Source of the DNA: an uncultured Chlamydiae bacterium
GTDB lineage: Bacteria; Chlamydiota; Chlamydiia; Chlamydiales; JAJFMA01
Direction: 5' to 3'
Assembly: GCA_963790215.1 (NCBI GenBank)
Contig: CAWBNS010000010.1
Span: forward strand, 2,572-66,571
DNA: 64,000 bases
Positions within the stretch are counted from its first letter, which is position 1, and each line of letters starts with the position of its first letter. Under the pieces are notes generated by a model. It saw nothing but the letters and a program-made list of their open reading frames with translations. It did not search any database and had not been told where the DNA came from. The position numbers and the translations under genes are program-made. Positions 19,595 to 28,603 of the stretch are shown in pieces.

Positions 19595-20614
19595 TTAGTA
19601 TTTGTTTAGCTTCTTTTGAAAATAGCCCACAATGGCTTGGGTGCTATCTCTCTTCACACCCAATGTTGCATAGACATCCTTTAGCTCTTTAGGTGCTGTT
19701 TGCAAAGCATCGATCAACTGCTTGTTGGTCTGCACTCGATCAGCCAGTTGATTTTGGATGGCGATATTATCGTACGGTTCCACATCTTGAGGCTGAAGAT
19801 AGATCACTTTTTTGCCTGCAAAAAGAGCTTCAAACCCTACTGTAGAGTCATAACAAACTATGCAATCAGCCATTCCCACTGCTTCAAAAGTCTCTAGAGG
19901 TTGTTCTTTTACGATATTCGGATGATGTTGGCGATGTACCTGATAACCGGCTACTGTCAGCGCCGTTTCCGCGCTATGGTAAGCCTGATTGACTCCATTG
20001 TCATACTTGAATCCATAGCCACCAATAAACGTGACGATGGGCAGGTTTTCGTTAAAGCCAATCTTTTGTACCACAGCGGCTTTATCAACCCCTTGCACCT
20101 GGCACACCCAAGTTTCCAGAGAAGGACGGCCAAGGGGTTTAACATCTTTTGTTCTTAAGCCGGGCTGGTCAATAGCAAGTATTTGTTTCTTGACGATATC
20201 CGTGACACAAATGATTTTCTGCGCCTCACTGACTACGCCTTTGACGGTTCCAAAATAAAGACTCGCCGTCGCATAGTTGAAATTGTCGAGATAAACGATT
20301 TTTCTTGGTGCTGATATAGCTTGCAGAAGCTGCTCTTGGGCCTTAGAAGCAGGACCAGAAATAAGTAGCTTCGGCCTGAGCTGCTCAATGTCCTCTCCTA
20401 TATTTTCAAGAGGTCTGTTTCGCCCATTTACCGTATCTACTGGCTCTTTAAGCTCTATGACGAAGTCTTTTAGTGAGGCAACTTTCTGCAATTCGGCAAT
20501 AGCTGCACCCATCGCAAGAACGTTAAAACTGAAACGGGTCTCCTGAAGCGCTGCCATCACAGGAATCAGCGCCTTGGTCTCACCTGCGTCACAACAGACA
20601 AATAATACGTCCAT
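19595..20614 (-). CDS. hypothetical protein, possibly a GT-B-fold glycosyltransferase-like protein
   Basis: 339 aa with two Rossmann-like halves (MDVLFVCCDAGETKALIP...; IVTFIGGYG...). The fold assignment is weak. Confidence 0.5.
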   Translation of the reverse strand: MDVLFVCCDAGETKALIPVMAALQETRFSFNVLAMGAAIAELQKVASLKDFVIELKEPVDTVNGRNRPLENIGEDIEQLRPKLLISGPASKAQEQLLQAISAPRKIVYLDNFNYATASLYFGTVKGVVSEAQKIICVTDIVKKQILAIDQPGLRTKDVKPLGRPSLETWVCQVQGVDKAAVVQKIGFNENLPIVTFIGGYGFKYDNGVNQAYHSAETALTVAGYQVHRQHHPNIVKEQPLETFEAVGMADCIVCYDSTVGFEALFAGKKVIYLQPQDVEPYDNIAIQNQLADRVQTNKQLIDALQTAPKELKDVYATLGVKRDSTQAIVGYFQKKLNKY

Positions 20615-20642
20615 AACCTCGCCTAGCTTAATGTCAAAAGAA

Positions 20643-20716
20643 TGGGTCTTGATGGACTCGAACCATCGACCCCCTCATTAAAAGTGAGGTGCTCTAACCA
20701 ACTGAGCTAAAGACTC
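20643..20716 (-). tRNA. tRNA-Lys (anticodon TTT)
   Basis: The reverse complement folds as a cloverleaf: T arm GATGG-TTCGAGT-CCATC and anticodon arm CCTCA-CTTTTAA-TGAGG. There is one A.C mismatch in the acceptor stem. Confidence 0.85.
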
Positions 20717-20723
20717 GTAAACA

Positions 20724-20798
20724 TGACCCCAAGGGGATTCGAACCCCTGTTATCGGAATGAAAATCCGGTGTCCTAGACCAGACTAGACGATGGGGCC
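20724..20798 (-). tRNA. tRNA-Glu (anticodon TTC)
   Basis: The reverse complement is GGCCCCATCGTCTAGTCTGGTCTAGGACACCGGATTTTCATTCCGATAACAGGGGTTCGAATCCCCTTGGGGTCA. It closely parallels bacterial tRNA-Glu. Confidence 0.9.
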
Positions 20799-20857
20799 GT
20801 GATTTTTTCCGTTAAAGAACAACCATCTTAGCGTCATTCAGAATATCGCGCAAGAGG

Positions 20858-21409
20858 TTAAATTGTCATCACCTCTTTTTCTTTTTGTGCGGCGACGTCA
20901 TCAACCTCTTTACAGAAGTGATCGGTAAGTTCTTGAATCTCTTTTTCTAAGCGCTTAACTACGTCCTCAGATAGTTCTCCGGAGGTTTTTTGTGTTTTGA
21001 CGAGGTCCATAAAATCGCGTCGGATATGGCGTATACCAATTTTGGATTCTTCGCGTTTTTTGTGGCAGATTTTGGCCATTTCCTTACGGAGTTCTTCGTT
21101 CATTTGCGGAATATTGATACGAATCATATTGCCATCGACGATTGCTTGGTAGCCGAGGTCAGCGGCTTCGATGCCTTTGCGGATTTGGTGTAGTTGCGTT
21201 GTATCGTAGGGAGAAACGAGTAATTGGCGTGGTTCTGGCGCGGTGATGCCTGCAGCATCGCGTAGGCGCATATGTGTGCCATATACTTCGATGCTTACGC
21301 CGTCGAGCATAGAGGGATTAGCACGGCCGGTGCGAATGGTTTTTAGGTCATTTTTTAGGTGCTCGATCGCGGCTTTCATCTTGCTTTTGGTTTGTTCCAG
21401 GAGGGTCAT
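20858..21409 (-). CDS. frr: ribosome recycling factor
   Basis: 183 aa with typical RRF sequence (LKTIRTGRANPSMLDGV...). Confidence 0.95.
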   Translation of the reverse strand: MTLLEQTKSKMKAAIEHLKNDLKTIRTGRANPSMLDGVSIEVYGTHMRLRDAAGITAPEPRQLLVSPYDTTQLHQIRKGIEAADLGYQAIVDGNMIRINIPQMNEELRKEMAKICHKKREESKIGIRHIRRDFMDLVKTQKTSGELSEDVVKRLEKEIQELTDHFCKEVDDVAAQKEKEVMTI

Positions 21410-21413
21410 AATA

Positions 21414-22130
21414 CTATCCTTCTCTAATCAGGGTTCCGGGATTTTGATCGGTCACTAGTGTGAGTATTTTTTCTTCTGTGATTTTGTTCATATTGAACAC
21501 AAGAATGGGGATGTTGCTGTTTCTGCAGAGGGTGATAGCAGTGGCATCCATGAACATGAGTTTTTCTGCAAGGATCTGGGAATAGGTGATCTCTGGATAC
21601 ATGATCGCGTCAGTATGTTTCAAGGGGTCTTTGTTATACACACCATCGACTTTGGTTGCTTTAAATAGTGCGTCGGCATGGATTTCAGCGGCACGCAAGG
21701 CTGCGCTGGTATCGGTACTGAAGTAAGGGTGGCCGGTGCCTCCAGTGAAGAGGACCACCTCACCGGCAACTAAGTATTCGAGTGCTTTGTGCCAGTTGTA
21801 GGATTCTGCCACTTTGGGGCAATCTAAAGCGGTCATCATCTGCACGGGGCACTTTAAGCCTTCCAGCGCTTCGCGGAGAGCTAAGCCGTTGATGAGTGTC
21901 GCAAGCATGCCCATCTGGTCGGCAGGTGTGCGTTGCATACCTGATGCCGCAGCAGCGATGCCGCGGAAAATATTTCCTCCACCAATCATAACAGCAACCT
22001 GAACGCCGCTTTGCGCCAATGCTTTGATCGCCTTAGCATAGTGCAGGCAGGATTCTTGCTGAATACCATAGGATTGCGAACCGGCTAGCGCCTCGCCAGA
22101 GATCTTGAGGAGGATGCGCTTGTATAGCAT
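21414..22130 (-). CDS. pyrH: UMP kinase
   Basis: 238 aa. It has KRILLKISGEAL and GGGNIFRG. It lies 4 nt upstream of frr. Confidence 0.95.
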   Translation of the reverse strand: MLYKRILLKISGEALAGSQSYGIQQESCLHYAKAIKALAQSGVQVAVMIGGGNIFRGIAAAASGMQRTPADQMGMLATLINGLALREALEGLKCPVQMMTALDCPKVAESYNWHKALEYLVAGEVVLFTGGTGHPYFSTDTSAALRAAEIHADALFKATKVDGVYNKDPLKHTDAIMYPEITYSQILAEKLMFMDATAITLCRNSNIPILVFNMNKITEEKILTLVTDQNPGTLIREG

Positions 22131-22149
22131 GAAACACCTCTGAGGGGAA

Positions 22150-22493
22150 GTATGAAGGATAAAGGATGAAGGCGGAAAAATAAAGACAAAAATTGTGGTC
22201 GTGTAAGTTCGAGAATGGCGCGAAGCGCTCTATAGTTTATAGGTTTTGCAATAAGAAAACCCTCGAAGAGGGTTTTCTTATTGCAAAACCTATAAACTAT
22301 AGTGCCACTAACGTGGCTAAACATCAGCAGCTTAGATGTCCGAATTATAGGGCATTGACTTGTCGTCACACTCCAAAGCGCTTTGCGCAAAAATGGACGA
22401 ACTGAACAAAGGTCATGCCTTAGTCCAGTTCGTCCATTTGGGAAAGAAGTCTAAGTTCTGAAGGACAATTTCATCCTTCATCCTTTATCCTTA
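22150..22493. repeat. IR-bounded intergenic element with internal perfect palindromes
   Basis: The terminal IR GTATGAAGGATAAAGGATGAAGG (22150) pairs with CCTTCATCCTTTATCCTTAC (22474). A 73 bp perfect palindrome lies at 22230-22302 around AAAACCCTCGAAGAGGGTTTT. Confidence 0.7.
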
Positions 22494-22499
22494 CTTTTT

Positions 22500-23325
22500 T
22501 TACTCGCCTACTTTCCAGCGAACAAATTGTTTCACTTTCAGTGGTTTTCCGCCTTCTTTAGCGTGTTTTTCCACCAGTTGCTCGATGGTCATGCTATCGT
22601 CACGGATGAAGAACTGTTTGGTCAAGCAAGCTGTTTCGTAGAAAGAGCGTAGTTTGCCTTCGACAATCTTCTGGAGGGCATGTTCTGGTTTTCCTGCGGC
22701 TTGGCTGCGCATAATGTCCTGCTCGTTAGCGAGGATTTCTGCAGGAACGTTTCAGGTGAGAGATATTGTGGGTTAGCTGCTGCTGCGTGCATGGCGATGC
22801 TCTTTTCCCAAGCTTTCTTGCTTCCGCTGCCTTCAGATTTCGACCAGCGACTAGGATCTTACCACCGAGGTGTGAGTAGACATCGACGGATGGTTCGGTC
22901 TTTTCGCAATGACGAGTACACGTTTGATCTGGATGTTTTCGCCGATCGTTTGCACGAGGCCAGCGCGGTATTCGTCGATGGTGAGGTCGCTCTCTTGAGA
23001 GAACTTCTGCTGCAGAAAGGCTTCTAAAGAGGCTGGGTGGTTAGCTGCAGCATCTTTCGCAATGCGGCGACGAACTGCTGAAAGCGTTCGTTTTTGACGA
23101 CGAAGTCAGTTTCGCATTGACTTCGACAAGAGCGACATGTGTGGTCAGTTTCGGCAAAGCCGATCATCCCTTCATTAGTTCACGACCTTCTTTTTTCACT
23201 GCAGAGGCCATGCCGGCTTTACGCAGATTGGCAATGGCTAACTCCATATCGCCTTTGGCTTCGTCGAGAGCTTCTTTACATTTGCCCATGCCTACGCCGG
23301 TGCGATCGCGCAGTTCTTTAATCAT
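22500..23325 (-). pseudogene. tsf: elongation factor Ts, multiply frameshifted as sequenced
   Basis: The ATG at 23325 gives [51 protein letters not shown]-Ts-like peptides then continue in alternating frames ([59 protein letters not shown]...; SVDVYSHLGGKILV; SEGSGSKKAWEKSIAMHAAAANPQYLSPET; PAEILANEQDIMRSQAAGKPEH... to the stop at 22500). I count at least 6 frame changes. Confidence 0.8.
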
Positions 23326-24181
23326 AGTTGAGCAGTAATTTCGACCATTATTCCTCCTCGTCTTATCTTCATGACTGTCTTCGACCGTCGATAGGTCATC
23401 AGCGGCATCGCGCCATGGACTTCTTCATCATCCTTGTCGTGCATCGATACGCATTTCATTTTTCTTGTCGATGATCGCATGGTCAAGTGCTTGAAGAATG
23501 AGTTTAATGCTCTTGAGAGCATCGTCGTTGCAAGCAATGACATAGTCGAATTGGATCTGGATCGCAGTTGGTATCGACAAGCCCCATGACAGGAATGCCT
23601 AGCTTATTTGCTTCAGCAACAGCGATGTGTTCTTTGCTTGGATCGACAACGATGACAAGCCCAGGAGGTTTGCGCATCGCGCGAACACCGGAGAGGTTAC
23701 GATCTAGTTTGATCTTGATCTTTTGTCAGCAGTGACAGTTCTTTCTTTGTCAAGCCTTCGCCACCTGTGGCAATTCGTTTTTCAATGCGCTCAAGCTTCT
23801 TGATCGATTGACGAATCGTTGTCAAGTTGGTCAGCATACCACCGAGCCAGCGTTCGCACACATAAAATTCGCCACATGCTTCTGCAAGTTCACGTACAAC
23901 AGCTTTCGCTTGTTTTTTTGTTCCGACAAACAGAATGGATTTATGTTTAGCGACAACTTCTCTGACAACTTCGACAGCATTGCGGATTTGTTGCAGTGTT
24001 TTTGCAAGGTCAATGATGTAAATACCATTGCGCTCTTCAAAAATGAAACGTTTCATCTTCGGATTCCAACGACGTGTTTGGTGCCCAAAATGAGCTCCAG
24101 CTTCTAACAGATTCTTTAATTGGTAACTTCTGTTTTGTTTGTTGTGCCAAGCCTTGTCCCTTTATGTTTTGACGACGGCAT
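23322..24181 (-). pseudogene. rpsB: 30S ribosomal protein S2, multiply frameshifted as sequenced
   Basis: The ATG at 24181 follows GAGGTGA. S2 peptides appear in shifting frames ([38 protein letters not shown]...; [83 protein letters not shown]). The last frame ends in an ATGA overlap with the tsf start. I count at least 4 frame changes. Confidence 0.8.
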
Positions 24182-24245
24182 CTCACCTCAAATGGATGAG
24201 ATTTCGGTCTTGGTTAAAATTGTTGATATTTACTGAGTAAGATAG

Positions 24246-24316
24246 AGCGCCTGATCAGAATCGAACTGACACTCGTAGCTTGGAAGGCTACTGTTCTACC
24301 ATTGAACTACAGGCGC
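24246..24316 (-). tRNA. tRNA-Gly (anticodon TCC)
   Basis: The reverse complement is GCGCCTGTAGTTCAATGGTAGAACAGTAGCCTTCCAAGCTACGAGTGTCAGTTCGATTCTGATCAGGCGCT. The acceptor stem is perfect (GCGCCTG/CAGGCGC). Confidence 0.9.
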
Positions 24317-24379
24317 ACGTCTGGTCATCCATAATGCCGAAGCAACGGTTTTTTCTCAAGGATTGGTTTTTGGTAATAG

Positions 24380-24547
24380 CTTCGTGCCCGAAGTAGTTCC
24401 GTGCCCGTGCGCGTGCCCGTGCCCGTGCCCGATCTGCCTAGGCTGAACTGAACAGACACCTCTCAGCCCCAGCTATTCGGGCACGGGCACGCACACGGGC
24501 ACGGGCACGGAACTATTTCGGGCACAGGCACGCATACGGGCACGAAG
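24380..24547. repeat. GTGCCCGTGCCCG-type long inverted repeat
   Basis: The left arm is built of GTGCCCG units and the right arm of CGGGCAC units. The same family occurs at 38967-39075 and 51184-51225. Confidence 0.75.
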
Positions 24548-24613
24548 TTTTCCTATGCTACGAAAAATGGTCGTCCTTTATAAAAAAAACCGCCCCCTCT
24601 ACACTGCTGTGCC

Positions 24614-27600
24614 ATGAGCCGATTTCAGCGCCGCCGTCCATCAGATTCCTCTATTCCGCAAAAGGCTAACCGCATTTTGGGAATTTTTTTGGTGGCGTTT
24701 CTTTTGATTTTGCTGCGTGTGTGGCATTTGTCGGTCATTCAGCATGACGAGAGAGTAGAAAAAGCGCAGCGGCCGACACGACGTACGGTGATCGAGCCAT
24801 CCCGAAGAGCGAGTATCCGGGATCGCTTCAACCTTCCCTTGGCCATCAATCAGGTGCAATATAATGCTGCGGTCTCTTATGGCGACATTCGCGAAGTGCC
24901 GCGCATTGCTTGGGAAAAGCAACCGGATGGCTCAAAGGTGCGCGTCTTTCGGCGGAAAGAGCACATCCGTCAATTGGGCGAGTTGGTTGCGGAGATCTTG
25001 CATGAAGACTCTGAGCAACTGATCGACCTCATCCATAGTAAAGCGTCTTATTACGATCATCTACCTTTTGTGATCCGTGAAGATATCTCCGAGGCACAGT
25101 ACTACCGATTGAAAGCGTTAGAAGGCGATTGGATTGGACTGCACGCGCAGAAGCAACCCAGAAGGGTCTATCCAATGGGTCTTGTTGGTGCGGATGTGAT
25201 CGGCCACATTGGCCCGATCAGCCGTGCGGAGTATGATCAACTGGTAGAACGCAGAAAAGCCCTCCAAAAAGCAGTTGAGGAAGGTGATCTTGAGGCCGAA
25301 ACAGAATTAACTCGTCTAACCGAACAGACCTATTCGCTTAATGATTGGGTTGGCAAAGCGGGAGTAGAGCGTCAATATGAAAAAAATCTGCGCGGCTGTT
25401 GCGGCAAAAAGTATTTCTACGCTGGTTCTAGAGGGAACTTTATCTATGAATTACCTGGTAGTGTGGCACCGCAATCCGGCGAGCGGCTAGTGCTCACCCT
25501 CTCGGCCGAGCTGCAGCAATATGCAGAACAACTGCTGGCCCTTAATGAGGAAATACGCCGACCGCAGGTGAAAAAACCTTACGATGACACCGAATCTTTA
25601 TTTACACCCAAAGAACCGTGGATTAAGGGCGGTGCCATTGTCGCGCTCGAACCCTCTACCGGAGAAGTGCTCGCACTGGCCTCTTATCCCCGCTGGAATC
25701 CTAACGACTTTATTCGTTCTGGTGATGAAGAAATTCAGCGCCGCAAGCAGCTGGGAGTACGCAGGTGGTTAGAAACAGACAGTTATGTCGCTGAAATTTG
25801 GGATGGAATACGTCCTCTGGAACGTGAGCGAGTAGATGCGAAAAATAGCCTGTTCTATGACGAACAGATTCCTTTGGATTGGAATGCGTATCTGGGCCTG
25901 ATTCTGTGCGACGAGGGCCCGGTAAAAAGGGCTTTGGAGCGGGTTGGGACCATTCGGCAAGCTGTTGCCATTCAGCAAGAGGTAGCGCGCCTAATTGAAT
26001 ACGCTGGTTATGCAGACGTTCCGCTTCTCTTTAACCTGTTGTACCAGGCGCCTTTTCACACGCCTGTGGAGGTATCTTTGCCCGCTCAAAGACGTGAAGA
26101 GGTCGAAGCGAACTTGAACATGCATTTGGAACAGGTCGAGCTTGCCAGACAGCAGTTGCAGCGTTACATTGGCGATACAATTTACAATCAGGATAAGGTT
26201 CTGTTGGTGGATCTTCTTGGTTTGGCTGTGGATCCAAACAAATACTCGATTCATTTGCTGAGTCAGGTTGGGGATAGGCCGTTGGAACAATTCCGTAAGG
26301 ATGAGCAGGCCAAGTGGATGTTGACGCGGCATGTAAGGCCGATGGTTCGAGAATTATTCCACGAGCTGATTTTTGTTCCTTGGCGAGAAACCAATGAAAC
26401 AGCTTTTTTAAAGGGAAAACGCGAAGATGAGCGTCGATTAAATAAACCAGCCAAGCCATATGTCGACTACTTGAATATGGAAGAAGCGCGTCAGTTTACG
26501 TTATTTTGGGCAGCGCAAGGGGACGATATCCTGCTTTGGCTTATGCGTGGAGCGACCTCGCCCGATAGTGGGTTTTCAGATCATTTTGCAGCGTGGCACA
26601 GAGAGCTTAATAATGGGGCGCACGCTGACTTACCATGGAACAAAGCTTATATCAGCCTACAGAATAGTCTCAGGGGACTTTCTGATGATACAGCGCATCA
26701 GTATTTAGCCGCGATGCGCCGTTACGAAGACTTGACGCAGCCCTTGCACGGTCGATACCGCTGTTTGCGTAGAAATGATGCGCAGTTGCAGCAACATCTC
26801 GCTGCGGCTTTTCGAACTCCTGGGGGCTTTGGCTATGGCCGCTCGCAAGCTTACCGGCAATCGGCTCCACAAGGTTCTATATTTAAGCTCGTGACCGGTT
26901 ATGCAGCCCTTTTGCAACAGCCTCTTCTGCCTCGTATGTTCGATGACGCCTATTTATATAGCGGACAGTGGTATGTGGGAAAGTTTCAGGATGGTACTCC
27001 CATTCCACAGAACTTCAAGGGAGGTCGTATCCCTCGTACAATGATTCGTCACGTGGGTGAGATCGATCTCGTGCGCGCGTTTGAATTCTCCAGCAACTCT
27101 TACTTCTCTTTGCTTGCTGGGGAGATTTTAAAACAGCCCATGGATTTGGCAGATGCCGCTTACAGCTTCTCTTATGGTCAAAAAACCGGCCTAGACCTAC
27201 CTGGAGAGATCTCAGGGCAAGTACCAAATGACTTGGATCATGAACGCACGGGTCTCTACACGTTTGCGATAGGCCAGCACACCTTGGTTGTGACGCCGCT
27301 GCAGACAGCAATTATGTTAGCGACAGTAGCGAATGGCGGAGATGTGTTGCGGCCTTATGTGGGCCATTATCTGGCTGGTACAGATGTAACGCAACTCAAA
27401 CCAGAACCTCACCGGCATCTTCCGTTTACCATTTCGATGCGCACGCCTTTGCTTGAGGGCATGATGCGCGTCGCCTATCGCTACCAAACAGCTTCGTTGG
27501 GTAGTCTAAAACAGCATTACAAGGATTATCCTGAAGCGACTAAAGCGTTAACTTCTCTTAAAGGGCAGTTAGCCGGAAAAACAAGCACTGCTGAATCGGT

Positions 27601-27856
27601 CGAGCTGTTATCACCGGATCGTCCTGTGGCGGTAAACACATACAACCACCTATGGTTTGGAGGCATCGTGTTTGATCAGGAGCCGCATCCTCATGTGTTT
27701 AAAGATAGTTATGGGAAGCCTGAGCTAGTCGTAGTGGTTTATCTGCGCTATGGAGCCTATGGACGCGATGCCGCACCTATCGCCGCACAAGTCGCCACCA
27801 AGTGGCGTGAAATCAAAGCTAAAGCGCCCGTCCGGGCGCGAATTACGAAAGACTAA
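24614..27856 (+). CDS. pbp2: penicillin-binding protein 2 (class B transpeptidase), long chlamydial type
   Basis: 1080 aa with an N-terminal membrane anchor, a large inserted dimerisation region, and a C-terminal transpeptidase domain (SIFKLVTGYAAL as SxxK, then SSN and KTSTAE/KTG-like). The length matches the unusually long chlamydial PBP2, from memory. Confidence 0.85.
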   Translation: MSRFQRRRPSDSSIPQKANRILGIFLVAFLLILLRVWHLSVIQHDERVEKAQRPTRRTVIEPSRRASIRDRFNLPLAINQVQYNAAVSYGDIREVPRIAWEKQPDGSKVRVFRRKEHIRQLGELVAEILHEDSEQLIDLIHSKASYYDHLPFVIREDISEAQYYRLKALEGDWIGLHAQKQPRRVYPMGLVGADVIGHIGPISRAEYDQLVERRKALQKAVEEGDLEAETELTRLTEQTYSLNDWVGKAGVERQYEKNLRGCCGKKYFYAGSRGNFIYELPGSVAPQSGERLVLTLSAELQQYAEQLLALNEEIRRPQVKKPYDDTESLFTPKEPWIKGGAIVALEPSTGEVLALASYPRWNPNDFIRSGDEEIQRRKQLGVRRWLETDSYVAEIWDGIRPLERERVDAKNSLFYDEQIPLDWNAYLGLILCDEGPVKRALERVGTIRQAVAIQQEVARLIEYAGYADVPLLFNLLYQAPFHTPVEVSLPAQRREEVEANLNMHLEQVELARQQLQRYIGDTIYNQDKVLLVDLLGLAVDPNKYSIHLLSQVGDRPLEQFRKDEQAKWMLTRHVRPMVRELFHELIFVPWRETNETAFLKGKREDERRLNKPAKPYVDYLNMEEARQFTLFWAAQGDDILLWLMRGATSPDSGFSDHFAAWHRELNNGAHADLPWNKAYISLQNSLRGLSDDTAHQYLAAMRRYEDLTQPLHGRYRCLRRNDAQLQQHLAAAFRTPGGFGYGRSQAYRQSAPQGSIFKLVTGYAALLQQPLLPRMFDDAYLYSGQWYVGKFQDGTPIPQNFKGGRIPRTMIRHVGEIDLVRAFEFSSNSYFSLLAGEILKQPMDLADAAYSFSYGQKTGLDLPGEISGQVPNDLDHERTGLYTFAIGQHTLVVTPLQTAIMLATVANGGDVLRPYVGHYLAGTDVTQLKPEPHRHLPFTISMRTPLLEGMMRVAYRYQTASLGSLKQHYKDYPEATKALTSLKGQLAGKTSTAESVELLSPDRPVAVNTYNHLWFGGIVFDQEPHPHVFKDSYGKPELVVVVYLRYGAYGRDAAPIAAQVATKWREIKAKAPVRARITKD

Positions 27857-27869
27857 GTACGGACGATTT

Positions 27870-28006
27870 GGTGATTCTTTTTTTGGAGTGCGTGCGACTT
27901 GTCGCCGCTTTGGTACAGCTCGACTTGTCGAGCTGCTAGGGGCATCGACAAGTCGATGCCTTTGAAAGCGGCGACAAGTCGCACGCACTCCAAAAAAAGA
28001 ATCACC
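27870..28006. repeat. 137 bp three-stem palindromic element, copy 1
   Basis: The outer stem is 42 bp and perfect. It encloses two perfect inner hairpins, GCTCGACTTGTCGAGC and GGCATCGACAAGTCGATGCC. Confidence 0.85.
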
Positions 28007-28075
28007 TTCACGATCTGGACAGGCTATGCCAATCGTACAGAAACCTGCGCGCGGAAGCGCACCCCCGGAAGCGCG

Positions 28076-28600
28076 CTACCCTGCGCTGACATAAACAATA
28101 TGCTTAATGCCTTTGTAGGTGATCTCTTTCTCTGGCGTGAGGCCGTTCTTTTCGGCAACGCGTCGAGAAGGAAGGTTCTCCGGTCTGACCAATGAGATAA
28201 GCCTCTTAAATCCTAATTGACTTCTGGCATAGTCCATGACAGCTTTAGCGGCTTCGGTTGCATAGCCTTGACTCCAAAACTTACGCAGAAACAAATAGCC
28301 GACTTCGACCTCTTCCTTACCATCCACATCAGTCTGAAAGTACAGCCCGCACTGCCCGACGAACTCACCGGTTTCTTTGAGATGACACGCCCACATGCCT
28401 GCACCGTGTTTTTCATAATGCGCGATCACTTTGTCTATCCAAGCCTTAGTTTCATCTCTATCGAGCGTCTTTGGGTAAAAAAACATCGCCACAGGATCCG
28501 CAAAGATCAGCTGAAGGTTATCGATATCCTCTAAAGTCATTTGACGCAGCGTTAAGCGTTCGGTTTCCAGGATCGGATCTGTCATCTTCTCACCTCTCAC
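28076..28600 (-). CDS. GNAT family N-acetyltransferase (RimJ/RimL-like)
   Basis: 174 aa. It has ETERLTLRQMTLEDIDNL and the acetyl-CoA region FWSQGYATEAAKAV. The likely start is the ATG at 28585. Confidence 0.8.
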   Translation of the reverse strand: MRGEKMTDPILETERLTLRQMTLEDIDNLQLIFADPVAMFFYPKTLDRDETKAWIDKVIAHYEKHGAGMWACHLKETGEFVGQCGLYFQTDVDGKEEVEVGYLFLRKFWSQGYATEAAKAVMDYARSQLGFKRLISLVRPENLPSRRVAEKNGLTPEKEITYKGIKHIVYVSAG

Positions 28601-28603
28601 ACT

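Noticed and set aside
22085-22405. ORFs 22085..22390 (-) and 22193..22405 (+) between pyrH and tsf.
   Set aside because: Both are translations of the IR-bounded palindromic element at 22150-22493, and the two strands give mirror-image peptides.
24380-24547. Regularly spaced GTGCCCG units, considered as a possible CRISPR array or microsatellite.
   Set aside because: The units are 6-7 nt with no unique spacers. The two halves are reverse complements forming one long hairpin, and no repeat-spacer periodicity of CRISPR size is present anywhere in the window.
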